Below are positions 55,639 through 64,000 of a stretch of 64,000 nucleotides of DNA, one piece after another. Below the pieces are notes generated by a model. It saw only the letters and a program-made list of their open reading frames with translations. It ran no database searches and had not been told where the DNA came from. How positions within the stretch are numbered: position 1 is the stretch's first letter; every line of letters begins with the position of its first letter. The DNA comes from a bacterium (GTDB taxonomy: Bacteria > Patescibacteriota > UBA1384 > VFKW01). Where the stretch lies: positions 90,221 through 154,220 of the forward strand of contig JAUSIS010000006.1 of assembly GCA_030647355.1 (NCBI GenBank), written 5' to 3'. A program made the translations under genes and the position numbers.

Positions 55639-57044
55639 TGTTAGCGCAATATAGTAATGTCCGCTTTTAGCAATTTAGAAATGTCCCTTTTTTGGTGCAC
55701 AATGACAAACTTTTTCCATGGATGATTTGCTTTCGGCGTCCAGGGAATTTGCGGATTTTCTTTCTCCTTTCTTTTTACAATTATTAGTTTTTGCGGTCTT
55801 TGGGCTATTTCTTTAAAGTTCAGAGTGCTCTTGCCTTGGTGGATGGTTATTGTTCCGTCTAGGTGTTGCCAGACTTCAACTGTTTCTTTGGGATAGAGGA
55901 TGGTCGGTTGTTTTGGAAGTAGTTGTAACCATCTGGTTTTGTAGGCAGTGGTGTAGTCGTGATTAATCTTCCGCTCCTCTTTGATGCAGAAAATACTATT
56001 AAGATCGTATCCTTCAATACTTTGATGCAGATTAGTTTTACTTTGGGGCTCTTCGGCGAATCTGGCATTATGCAAGGCAATATATTGTTCATTTAAGTAC
56101 TTGTTAGCCTCCTCAATTGACGAGATACCCTTAAGTCTTAATTCTTTCACCAGACGATCCTGGAGAGTGCCAAAGAGACGTTCTACCCGTCCTTTGGCCT
56201 GAGGGCTTCTGGCATAGATCGGAGCAATATCCAGCTCTTCTAGTGCTCGGCCATACTGGGTTAATTTGTCATCGTTAGGGTTATTGAGATTTACTTTGTA
56301 AACTCCGCCACGATCCATATAGAAGGCCGCCGGCTTACCATGAGTTTCTAGATAAGTCCTAGTTGTTCTCATTAGATTTTCCGTCGTCTCCCCGGTCGTG
56401 AATTCCAGATAAACTATCCGGCTGGTGGCATCATCGATGAAGGCAATTAGGGTGCATTTAGACGCCTTGTTTTCAAACCAGGCATGAACAGAGCCATCTA
56501 GCTGGACTAGCTCGCCATAGCATTCCTTGCGCTCGCGCATTTGCCGTGCTTGGGCTTTTCTTTTTTTAAATGTCCATAGTGATTCGTTGATCATTTTTAA
56601 TCTCAAAGATTCGTGATTGACCAGTATATGGTGGTTTTCTTGCAATTTCTCCGAGGCAAAGGTTGGCCCGAAGTCGGCGTATTTATCTTTGACCAAGGTA
56701 ATTATTTCTGTCCAGAACTCATCGGCAAAACGATGGTTGCTTGGTTTCCCCCGGCTTTTATTAACCAGGCTTATTTCTCCGGATAGGCGATAGCTCTTTA
56801 ATTTTCGTCTTATCTGACGGGTACTTAGATTTAATATCTTAGCGGCTTCATGTTGTTTCATTTGTTTTTCCTTTAATTTCTCAAATACATTAATCTGTCC
56901 TATTTCCCTACGGCTCATATTGAATGTCTCCACTTTACCTTTCATCCCACCATTTAAGTTAACTAAACATCATAACCTAAAAGCCGGAGAAAGAGGACAT
57001 TCCTATGTTGCTCATTAATAGGACATTACTATATTGCGCTAACA
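55639..57044 (-). mobile_element. Complete insertion sequence (~1.4 kb) with perfect 24-bp terminal inverted repeats
   Basis: IRL is tgttagcgcaatatagtaatgtcc (55639-55662) and IRR is ggacattactatattgcgctaaca (57021-57044), an exact reverse complement. Subterminal (t/a)aatgtcc repeats are present. A single DDE transposase ORF fills the element. Confidence 0.8.
55641..56945 (-). CDS. DDE transposase (N-terminal HTH plus rve/integrase core; IS481- or ISNCY-like)
   Basis: The catalytic residues lie in ...VQLDGSVHAWF..., ...FIDDATSR... and ...QAKGRVERLFGTLQDRL (D, D, E). The N-terminal HTH reads ...AAKILNLSTRQIRRKL. Confidence 0.85.
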   Translation of the reverse strand: MKGKVETFNMSRREIGQINVFEKLKEKQMKQHEAAKILNLSTRQIRRKLKSYRLSGEISLVNKSRGKPSNHRFADEFWTEIITLVKDKYADFGPTFASEKLQENHHILVNHESLRLKMINESLWTFKKRKAQARQMRERKECYGELVQLDGSVHAWFENKASKCTLIAFIDDATSRIVYLEFTTGETTENLMRTTRTYLETHGKPAAFYMDRGGVYKVNLNNPNDDKLTQYGRALEELDIAPIYARSPQAKGRVERLFGTLQDRLVKELRLKGISSIEEANKYLNEQYIALHNARFAEEPQSKTNLHQSIEGYDLNSIFCIKEERKINHDYTTAYKTRWLQLLPKQPTILYPKETVEVWQHLDGTITIHQGKSTLNFKEIAQRPQKLIIVKRKEKENPQIPWTPKANHPWKKFVIVHQKRDISKLLKADITILR

Positions 57045-57060
57045 AACCAAGCAGGCGGTA

Positions 57061-57277
57061 TTGACAAATCGGATTTTTTATGCTATTATACACAAGCTGG
57101 CATCGAGGTGATACGGGCGGAAGCCAAAGGTAAGGTAACCGTCAGGTCACCTATTACGATGCTTACAAGGCCTAAGTGAATTTCCAGCGATTCGCTTGGG
57201 ACTGGACGGCTAACGAGCCGTACAGAAATCAATCCCCGCAAGGGGTTAATGAGTCCGCCGTCAGGCGGACTTTTCGC
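57061..57277 (+). promoter_or_regulatory. Promoter plus ~180-nt structured leader ending in an intrinsic terminator, upstream of the 57340 gene (riboswitch/attenuator-like)
   Basis: -35 TTGACA (57061-57066), 17 nt, then -10 TATTAT (57084-57089). The GC-rich leader has hairpins ACGGCU-AACG-AGCCGU and CCCC-GCAA-GGGG, and a CCUAAG motif. The terminator GUCCGCC-GUCA-GGCGGAC plus UUUU is at 57242-57266. The SD AAGGAGGG and ATG follow at 57340. Confidence 0.4.
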
Positions 57278-57339
57278 GTTATAATTGAATGGCTCGATCA
57301 AACATGTTAGAGTATAGATGTAATGAATAAGGAGGGAAA

Positions 57340-58419
57340 ATGGATCAGAATCCATCACCTATTTTAAACCAAAATGAGTCTGGACAGCAACAGCAAGCGG
57401 TCAATCAAGACCAGTCCCAAAACAGTAATAAGGCACTTCATACAGCAATTGCGATAATATTGCTGATATTTGTCTTTCCTATCGGTCTAATTTTTATGTG
57501 GATGGCAACCTCCTGGAGTAAAGGGTTTAAGTGGTTCTTAACTTTATTTTTCCCTATAGCTATCGCTTTGCCGATAGTATTAATAATAGTCAGATCTGCT
57601 GTAAATAAAAATGCAATTTCAGCACCAGTAGTAGTTACGAGTTATACGACCTATAACTCGAGGGCTAATAAAATACAATTTAGCTATCCAAAAGGATGGG
57701 TTGTAGAGGAAAGGTTGCCAGGAATTACTGACATTTATATTTGTAAAACGGGGACTAAATCATGCAAAAGCAATACTAACTACAACATTGGTATCGCTAA
57801 TCAAGGAACTAAGACCACAGGGGTAAGCCTACTTGCATATGCCCAAAGCAAGAATATTGCTGGTAGCCAGTATAATATAAGTAATGATACTAATGAATCC
57901 AAAACCAGCAATGGGTATGAGGTTGTTAGCTCAGCGAAAGCCCATTACTACTACATATCCGATGGTGTAAATATATTTACGGTACAGGGAGACAAGGTAA
58001 TCCCTACTTCTAAAATAGAAATTGACCCAGCGATTATAAACCGGATTGTAGATTCGCTTAAAATAAATATACAAGCAAGTGCAGCTAACGCGAATTCTAG
58101 TGATGCTCCCCCATCGATCAATAATTCCACTCAGGCCTCAACTACAAACACCTACAACATTCAGAATTCTACTGATTATCAAAAACAAACTGGCTATGCG
58201 CCAGCTAAAGCATCTGGAACCGTTCAATCATTGTCGTCCTCATCATCTGAGGTTGTAATATTGGAAACATCGTCTCAACAAGCTCTTACCTTTAAAATAA
58301 CTACTAATACTATTATAACTGATGGAACCAAGTCAACTTTCTTAGCCGCCGACAAAAACGTACAAATTGAATATGAAGGTTTTAGCCCCTCAAATGCATT
58401 GAGGATTTGGGTTAAGTAA
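57340..58419 (+). CDS. Hypothetical membrane-anchored/secreted Ser/Thr/Asn/Gln-rich protein
   Basis: A Gln-rich N-terminus, two TM helices and a low-complexity extracellular region. Confidence 0.6.
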   Translation: MDQNPSPILNQNESGQQQQAVNQDQSQNSNKALHTAIAIILLIFVFPIGLIFMWMATSWSKGFKWFLTLFFPIAIALPIVLIIVRSAVNKNAISAPVVVTSYTTYNSRANKIQFSYPKGWVVEERLPGITDIYICKTGTKSCKSNTNYNIGIANQGTKTTGVSLLAYAQSKNIAGSQYNISNDTNESKTSNGYEVVSSAKAHYYYISDGVNIFTVQGDKVIPTSKIEIDPAIINRIVDSLKINIQASAANANSSDAPPSINNSTQASTTNTYNIQNSTDYQKQTGYAPAKASGTVQSLSSSSSEVVILETSSQQALTFKITTNTIITDGTKSTFLAADKNVQIEYEGFSPSNALRIWVK

Positions 58420-58429
58420 CAGTCGAGCC

Positions 58430-59188
58430 CTAATCCACCCCATTCACATTGAATGTACCAAACCAGTTTTTATAAAATTCTGCAGCAGCCGCACTATCTA
58501 CATCCGTCATGGTAATCGAGAATAATTTATTATCCCAAATGTAATATATTTGCCTTGACGAATATGCTTGGGGAGATTTTGGAACCGTTAAATCGATTAT
58601 CCCAACCAGATGACCGTCATCGCGCGTCATATAAGTCCATTCCTTTGGCATGTAAGCCGTGTAAGAAGGAAAGTACTGCGGAATCCATTTCATTAGATCT
58701 GTCCCGACTGGAGGATTGTAAAATTCAGTGTCATAATGAGCGATCTCAATATTTGGCCATCCTTTTGCCGATAAGTCTCCCATCAGAGCTACTGAATCAC
58801 CGCCTTGCTGTTCGGATAAGCATGAAGTTGATTTACAATTATTCGTTAATACATAATCAGCCGGATATTTGAAACCATAACTGTATTTTGTATTATTATA
58901 GGTCTTCCAACTCGCCGTTGGGGAAGTTGTGGTTGGAGTGGCGGCAGCCGGTGTCGTTGTCGCTGGTGTAGTAGCGGTCGTGTTTGATGACTGCGTTGCT
59001 GTACCTGCATTGTCAGATACTTTTTTTATACTCTTCGTTTGCATTGTTAAAGAAATTTCTAATCCGGCCAAGTTGAGCATATTACTTAACCCAAGATAAT
59101 ATCCCACGCTTCCGGCCATCAGCAAAACCGCTATGCCAATAATTATTAAACTTACTTTACTAAAAAGTTTTTTATGTTCTTTTTCCAT
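58430..59188 (-). CDS. Hypothetical membrane-anchored protein with a Thr/Pro-rich linker
   Basis: N-terminal TM; TTATTPATTTPAAATPTTTSP linker; no domain recognised. Confidence 0.6.
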   Translation of the reverse strand: MEKEHKKLFSKVSLIIIGIAVLLMAGSVGYYLGLSNMLNLAGLEISLTMQTKSIKKVSDNAGTATQSSNTTATTPATTTPAAATPTTTSPTASWKTYNNTKYSYGFKYPADYVLTNNCKSTSCLSEQQGGDSVALMGDLSAKGWPNIEIAHYDTEFYNPPVGTDLMKWIPQYFPSYTAYMPKEWTYMTRDDGHLVGIIDLTVPKSPQAYSSRQIYYIWDNKLFSITMTDVDSAAAAEFYKNWFGTFNVNGVD

Positions 59189-59300
59189 TATTCCCTCCCG
59201 AAAATTATTTATATTATATTAATTGTACCACTTGGACATTATCTTTCAACCGTTTATCTTTTACTAAAAATAACGTATAATAAATAACCGAGAGTACCAA

Positions 59301-61058
59301 ATGAACAAAAACAAAAAGAAAAGTCAATCGCTTGTCAATTTCTGGCAATATTTCCGGCCATACAAGGCGCCGATTGTTGTTGCCCTCATTTTTCTTATAA
59401 TCAGTCAAATTGCAATTCTTGCCCAGCCGATTTTCTTGCGAAACATTATAAACGCTCTCGTCAGTCACAAAGCGCTTGGCAGCGTGGCTATTCTGCTGGT
59501 CTTTTATTTTGCCAGCCGCTTGGTTGATATATTATTTGAGTTATTGCGTGACTATGTTATTTCACCTGTCGTCATGGGAGTGCCGCGCGATTTTGAAAAA
59601 GATGTTTTCAAGCGCCTCCTAGCTTTGCCGGTTGCCTATCATGCCAACAATAAAACCGGTGCATCAGCTCGCGCTATAACCCGTGGATCGCAAGCCACCA
59701 GTTTTATGCTCGATTTCTCGGTTTCTTCTTTAATCCCTCCAATACTTCAGCTGATTTTTGTTACAGTACTGCTTCTGAATCTATATACTTGGCAATATGG
59801 AGTGATCACTTTTGTTACTGTCGTAGTATATGCCATATTCACAATCTGGGGCACAGAAAAAAGGAATATCTACCGCGAAAGAGGCAACAAACAAGATGAT
59901 CAAGCTGGCGGAATACTTGTTGATTCTGTAACCAATATTGAAACAGTTAAGTATTTTAATAACCAAAACATTCTCTTTGGACGTTTTAGTAAAATTAAAT
60001 TTGAATGGTTCCGCTTAATGGTTCGCAACAACCGCCTCTTTGCTTTGATTTACGCTCTGCAGGGCATAATTTTACTAACTGGATTAGGATCGATCTTAAT
60101 TATTGCGGTCAGGCAAGCCACTGCCGGCATAATCACTGTCGGTGATCTTGTATTACTCTCCACGTATATTGTCCAATTATCAATTCCCATAACCACTTTG
60201 GGGTTTGTGTATGGGCGTTTCAAAAACAGCATTATCGATTTACAGGCCATGGATAAAATCCTAGATGAACCAGTAACTATCATCGAGCCAAAACATCCGG
60301 TTGCACTTAAAAAACGGCACGGATCGCTTGAGTTTGATCATGTTTCCTTCAGTTACGAACCCGCCCGCCCGATAATCAAAGACTTGGATTTTAATGTAAA
60401 ACCCGGCCTAAAAGCCGCATTTGTTGGTCCTTCCGGAGCTGGAAAATCGACAATTGCCAAACTCATTTTTCGTCTCTATGATGTCAGCTCGGGGAGCATA
60501 AAAATCGACGGCATAGATGTCAGGCAATTATCACTAGACAATTTGAGTAATCTTGTATCTGTCGTACCTCAAGACCCTGCTCTCTTCAATGACACCATTG
60601 CGGCAAATATTCGTTTTGGCAAAATGGATGCTACTGATGACCAAGTAATCGAAGCGGCAAAAATCGCTCAAATCCACGATTTCATTACCGGCTTGCCCAA
60701 TGGCTACGAAACACCGGTTGGCGAGCGTGGAATAAAAATTAGCGGCGGTGAACGCCAAAGAGTTGCCATTGCCAGGGCAATTATTAGAAACCCGAAAATA
60801 CTAGTCTTCGACGAAGCAACTAGTAGTTTGGACTCGGTAAATGAGCAGGCGGTTTTGGCGACCATTGATCGAGTTGCAATTGGCAGAACTTCAATATCTA
60901 TCGCCCACCGGCTCTCGACAATTGTTAAGAGCGACATTATTTTCGTTATTCAAAAAGGCAAAATAGTTGAGCAGGGGACTCATCAAGAATTACTCAAACA
61001 AAATAAGGTTTATGCTCGTCTTTGGTATTTGCAAACTGAAGCGCATAAATCAGAGTAA
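59301..61058 (+). CDS. ABC transporter, fused permease/ATP-binding protein (MsbA-like exporter)
   Basis: A 6-TM domain is followed by Walker A GPSGAGKST, the signature LSGGERQRVAIARA and Walker B ILVFDEATSSLD. Confidence 0.9.
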   Translation: MNKNKKKSQSLVNFWQYFRPYKAPIVVALIFLIISQIAILAQPIFLRNIINALVSHKALGSVAILLVFYFASRLVDILFELLRDYVISPVVMGVPRDFEKDVFKRLLALPVAYHANNKTGASARAITRGSQATSFMLDFSVSSLIPPILQLIFVTVLLLNLYTWQYGVITFVTVVVYAIFTIWGTEKRNIYRERGNKQDDQAGGILVDSVTNIETVKYFNNQNILFGRFSKIKFEWFRLMVRNNRLFALIYALQGIILLTGLGSILIIAVRQATAGIITVGDLVLLSTYIVQLSIPITTLGFVYGRFKNSIIDLQAMDKILDEPVTIIEPKHPVALKKRHGSLEFDHVSFSYEPARPIIKDLDFNVKPGLKAAFVGPSGAGKSTIAKLIFRLYDVSSGSIKIDGIDVRQLSLDNLSNLVSVVPQDPALFNDTIAANIRFGKMDATDDQVIEAAKIAQIHDFITGLPNGYETPVGERGIKISGGERQRVAIARAIIRNPKILVFDEATSSLDSVNEQAVLATIDRVAIGRTSISIAHRLSTIVKSDIIFVIQKGKIVEQGTHQELLKQNKVYARLWYLQTEAHKSE

Positions 61059-62156
61059 AACTTTAACCGTGCCCTCTGTCGCATTGACTTCGACTAGATC
61101 GCCATTTTTTAATATTCTTGTAGCATTCTTAGTTCCGACAATGCATGGTTTTTTTAGCTCGCGGGCAATAATTGCGGCATGGCTCAATAGTCCACCTTTA
61201 TCAGTAATAATTGCGCCGGCAATCTTCATGAGCGGCAAATACCGCGTATCTGTATTTTCGCAAACTAAAATTTCGCCGTTATTAAATTTAATATTAAAAA
61301 TATCGTCCGGCTTGACGACAACCACACTACCTTTGTAAGTGCCCGAAGTAGTTGCAATTCCTCTAATTATGCTTCGATCATTTGCCTCGGGAAGTCTGGA
61401 AATCCGTGGATTATTGTTCAAGTATTTTGGCAAAAAACGATTGTAATCAATATAATAAACTCTGTCATCAGGCCAAACTACTGTCTCAAAATAACCCTCC
61501 AAATAATTATTTACAAATCTGCCATCAAGCTGCTCTCTGATCTGTTTTTGTGCCACCTTATTATTAACTTGGATCATATTAATCATTTTATTAACAACAT
61601 CTTTTGCTTCGGGATAGTCAAAAGACCATTCCCAGTCCATAAAATCAAAACTAAAAAAAAGCGAAGTATTGTAAGTTCGACCATGTGTTAATTGATAATG
61701 TTGCCCTTTTATTATCTCTCCGAAAATTCCTTTTTTATTTATTACAAAAATTGCCGACCAAAGCAATTTATCCGTATGTGGACAGATATAAGCCCAGTAA
61801 TCTTCTGCATTAATTTTTTGTTTGAGATACCAACCCTTATAGCATTCCTTAATTGTCATTCCTCGATCGCGCAATTTTGGCAGACCATCCTTCTTAGGAA
61901 CCAACCGAATAGCGCATAACTCATCGCCCCTCGTTTTGAGAATCTTTCCAAAAACTGGCGTCATGTTTGTCAGATCGGTTGCAGATAACTTTTCCGGCCG
62001 TTCGTAGGGCAGGTTTATAATTTGATATAACTGTTCAAGTCTTTGAGCTTTAGTATTATCTTCTTTACGCAACTCGTCTGAGTCTTGTTTCTTTCCGATC
62101 GTTGCCAACCACTCGGTTATGGAAGGTTGATGCTCATTTATTACTGATTTCGCCAT
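61050..62156 (-). CDS. Protein with a C-terminal PEP-utilizing-enzyme mobile (phosphohistidine swivel) domain
   Basis: The C-terminus ...TDKGGLLSHAAIIARELKKPCIVGTKNAT...GDLVEVNATEGTV is the PEP-utilizers motif. The N-terminal ~270 aa are unassigned. Confidence 0.7.
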   Translation of the reverse strand: MAKSVINEHQPSITEWLATIGKKQDSDELRKEDNTKAQRLEQLYQIINLPYERPEKLSATDLTNMTPVFGKILKTRGDELCAIRLVPKKDGLPKLRDRGMTIKECYKGWYLKQKINAEDYWAYICPHTDKLLWSAIFVINKKGIFGEIIKGQHYQLTHGRTYNTSLFFSFDFMDWEWSFDYPEAKDVVNKMINMIQVNNKVAQKQIREQLDGRFVNNYLEGYFETVVWPDDRVYYIDYNRFLPKYLNNNPRISRLPEANDRSIIRGIATTSGTYKGSVVVVKPDDIFNIKFNNGEILVCENTDTRYLPLMKIAGAIITDKGGLLSHAAIIARELKKPCIVGTKNATRILKNGDLVEVNATEGTVKVLL

Positions 62157-62231
62157 ATTGCCTCTTTACTACTATCCTATCCTAAATTTTTCTAAGCTAC
62201 ATGTCTAGTGAAGGCTTCTTCGGCAAATTAG

Positions 62232-62954
62232 CTAGTAAATATTTTGAGTATATTGTTCTTCTATATAAAATAATGAGATTAGTTTTTCATCAACTTCGTG
62301 AAGTTGCTTCAGTATCTCACCGAATTTTTTGCTTCCATAAGGAGCGGTCATTTCAATTCTTATAGCATTATCGAGCGGCATCCAATAATTCTCGCCAAAT
62401 TCATTTTCCCCAATTAAAATCCCTCGATATTCGGTACTCAAACAAACGTGATACAAAATATCGCTATATAAACGATGGTCATCCGAAAAACGCATCTTTC
62501 TCAGCAATCCAAAAATTCTAAAATCTGCCTCTAATCCTGCCTCTTCTTTTAGTCTCCTCTTGGCGGCTGTAACTACGCTTTCGCCTCGCCTAATTCCACC
62601 ACCGATAATCTCCTGACGTCCCATAAATGGCTGGCGTGTGCGGGTTTGATATAAAATTTCCGCGTTTCCGGCAGTTTTACTGAGTATCATGGTAATCACT
62701 GCTAGTTTAAATTTATGGCTGCTTGCAGTCTTACTATCGATTGGATGGAGTTCTAATAGCAATTCCTTCCCTGATTCACACAAAAAATATTTACCTTGTA
62801 TTTTGGTTATACAACCTTTCTTTACGAGCTGTTGAAGATGGTAGTTATACAGGTCGTTTTCCAAATCAGGCGGTTTGATATCGCTATAGTGAAAGCCTGT
62901 TGATGAAGCGCGCAGGTAATTTAGGATCTCTAATTGGGTGGAATGTATTGACAT
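62232..62954 (-). CDS. NUDIX hydrolase with an N-terminal winged-helix domain
   Basis: The Nudix box reads GGGIRRGESVVTAAKRRLKEEAGLEA. An N-terminal wHTH-like segment ...LEILNYLRASSTGFHYSDI...QQLVKKGCITK precedes it. Confidence 0.75.
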   Translation of the reverse strand: MSIHSTQLEILNYLRASSTGFHYSDIKPPDLENDLYNYHLQQLVKKGCITKIQGKYFLCESGKELLLELHPIDSKTASSHKFKLAVITMILSKTAGNAEILYQTRTRQPFMGRQEIIGGGIRRGESVVTAAKRRLKEEAGLEADFRIFGLLRKMRFSDDHRLYSDILYHVCLSTEYRGILIGENEFGENYWMPLDNAIRIEMTAPYGSKKFGEILKQLHEVDEKLISLFYIEEQYTQNIY

Positions 62955-63039
62955 GCTTGGATTGTAACAAAATAAATTCTAATCACAAAAAATAAGCGTC
63001 TCATCCAGTCCATTCAATCCAGTCCATTCGATACAGTCT

Positions 63040-63068
63040 TGACAAACGCCCGAATTGATGGTATAGTA
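63040..63068 (+). promoter_or_regulatory. Sigma70-type promoter upstream of a ~250-nt ORF-free stretch
   Basis: TTGACA-aacgcccgaattgatgg(17)-TATAGT. Confidence 0.45.
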
Positions 63069-63323
63069 TCTATACTCGTTTAGAAAGTTCTCTACTGATA
63101 CTAAAAATCTTTATTGGACTCCACTGCGCCTAGAGCCATCTGCTCTAACTACGCTTTGGCAATTTCTTTTCGAACATAGCTGGTTTTGGTAATTTAGGTT
63201 TATAATCTCGCATACAATTCGGTATATAAGATTGCCGATTGCGGGCACTTCAAGGCCAACCACAAACTAGCTTGCTTGAATGGAAACTTAACTCAATTCT
63301 TCCCGCACTCTCCCTCGATAAGA

Positions 63324-63352
63324 TTGACAAATGCCCAGAAAACGTGTAAAAT
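63324..63352 (+). promoter_or_regulatory. Consensus promoter of typA/bipA
   Basis: TTGACA-aatgcccagaaaacgtg(17)-TAAAAT, 22 nt before the ATG region. Confidence 0.6.
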
Positions 63353-63374
63353 ATACAGGTTAGGCGGATGACCC

Positions 63375-64000
63375 ATGAATATAAGAAACGTCGCCATCAT
63401 CGCCCATGTTGATCATGGGAAAACTACTTTAGTTGATGGTTTGCTAAAACAATCGCATACTTTTCGAGACAACGAAGCGGCCATGTCGCAGACTTTGATT
63501 ATGGACTCAAACGACCAAGAGCGTGAGCGAGGCATCACAATTTTGGCAAAAAATACTGCAGTTATAAATAATAATACAAAGATTAATATTATTGATACTC
63601 CCGGCCATGCCGACTTTGCCGGTGAGGTTGAACGCACTTTAAATATGGCAGACGGAGCAATTCTCGTCGTAGATGCTCAAGAAGGTCCCATGCCCCAGAC
63701 CAAATTTGTTCTCAAAAAAGCGCTGGATATCGGTCTTCGCTTAATTGTTGTTATCAATAAAATAGACAAACGAGACGCCCGAATTGAAGAAGTCATCAGC
63801 CGTACCAATGATCTTTTCCTTGATTTAGCCACACATGATTCTCACTTGGATTTCCCTATTTATTATGCTATTAGTCGTGAAGGCAAGGCCTGGAGCGAAC
63901 CACCTGCTGATTTTAACACTCCGGCCGATCTCTCACCGATCTTTGATGCAATAATTGAATATGTCCCTGCTCCCGAAGCTGACAACACCAAACCTTTCCA
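63375..64000 (+). CDS. typA: Translational GTPase TypA/BipA, N-terminal part (continues beyond the window)
   Basis: The translation reads [24 protein letters not shown]...[14 protein letters not shown]...VVINKIDK, through the G1-G4 motifs. The frame is open to the window end. Confidence 0.9.
   Translation, partial: MNIRNVAIIAHVDHGKTTLVDGLLKQSHTFRDNEAAMSQTLIMDSNDQERERGITILAKNTAVINNNTKINIIDTPGHADFAGEVERTLNMADGAILVVDAQEGPMPQTKFVLKKALDIGLRLIVVINKIDKRDARIEEVISRTNDLFLDLATHDSHLDFPIYYAISREGKAWSEPPADFNTPADLSPIFDAIIEYVPAPEADNTKPF

Noticed and set aside
57086-57358. 90-aa minus-strand ORF
   Set aside because: It overlaps the promoter, structured leader and terminator of the plus-strand gene at 57340 and lacks an SD.
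63413-63637. 74-aa minus-strand ORF
   Set aside because: It is antisense to the unmistakable typA/bipA coding frame.
1-64000. CRISPR arrays and tRNA genes
   Set aside because: I saw no regularly spaced direct repeats and no GTTCRANYC T-loop or cloverleaf candidates on either strand. A cmsearch or tRNAscan run could still find degenerate cases.

Overview
Low-GC (roughly 35-40% by eye), compact, mostly minus-strand-coded bacterial chromosome segment. The gene content and style suggest a reduced-genome, CPR/Patescibacteria-like organism; that phylum call is inference only. Housekeeping genes identified: rplJ(3' end)-rplL, tgt, secD-secF, mannose-1-P guanylyltransferase, gmk, an RluA-family pseudouridine synthase, Asp/Asn-tRNA ligase, ftsA-ftsZ, ybeY, rpsU, rarA, trxA, and the operon nrdR-nrdJ(class II RNR)-cobA-like adenosyltransferase-membrane protein-trxA with tandem NrdR boxes upstream. 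Other coding content: two tandem paralogous membrane-anchored TrwB/VirD4-like (T4CP) ATPases; a UvrD-like helicase fused to a RecB/Cas4-like nuclease, translationally coupled to an unknown 394-aa protein; a P-type cation ATPase; an ABC exporter; a GH1 glycosidase; a PEBP-family protein; cupin; NUDIX; HD-domain proteins; and one complete IS element (DDE transposase, perfect 24-bp terminal IRs). Three genes look broken: a class IV aminotransferase frameshifted at a homopolymer, a DHH phosphoesterase with an in-frame TAA, and a membrane-protein gene with an in-frame TGA (TGA is a normal stop elsewhere in the window). Non-coding highlights: (1) two paralogous ~150-nt GC-rich 5' leaders on the minus strand, each built as consensus sigma70 promoter, then conserved structured domain, then divergent intrinsic terminator, then SD and gene; as far as I can recall the V. 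cholerae Vc2 aptamer, they line up block-for-block with the c-di-GMP-I (GEMM) fold but carry a ~40-nt two-hairpin insertion at the three-way junction; (2) a ~780-bp ORF-free, strongly GC-enriched block with very stable stems between a GH1 gene and trxA, carrying its own consensus promoter (candidate large structured RNA); (3) a ~320-nt promoter-to-terminator unit between convergent genes (candidate sRNA); (4) a third promoter-leader-terminator-gene unit upstream of a secreted-protein gene. Many perfect TTGACA-N17-TAnAAT promoters can be read directly from the sequence. No rRNA, tRNA or CRISPR array was found. Several GC-rich islands coincide with hypothetical or broken genes and with the IS, which suggests horizontally acquired patches.
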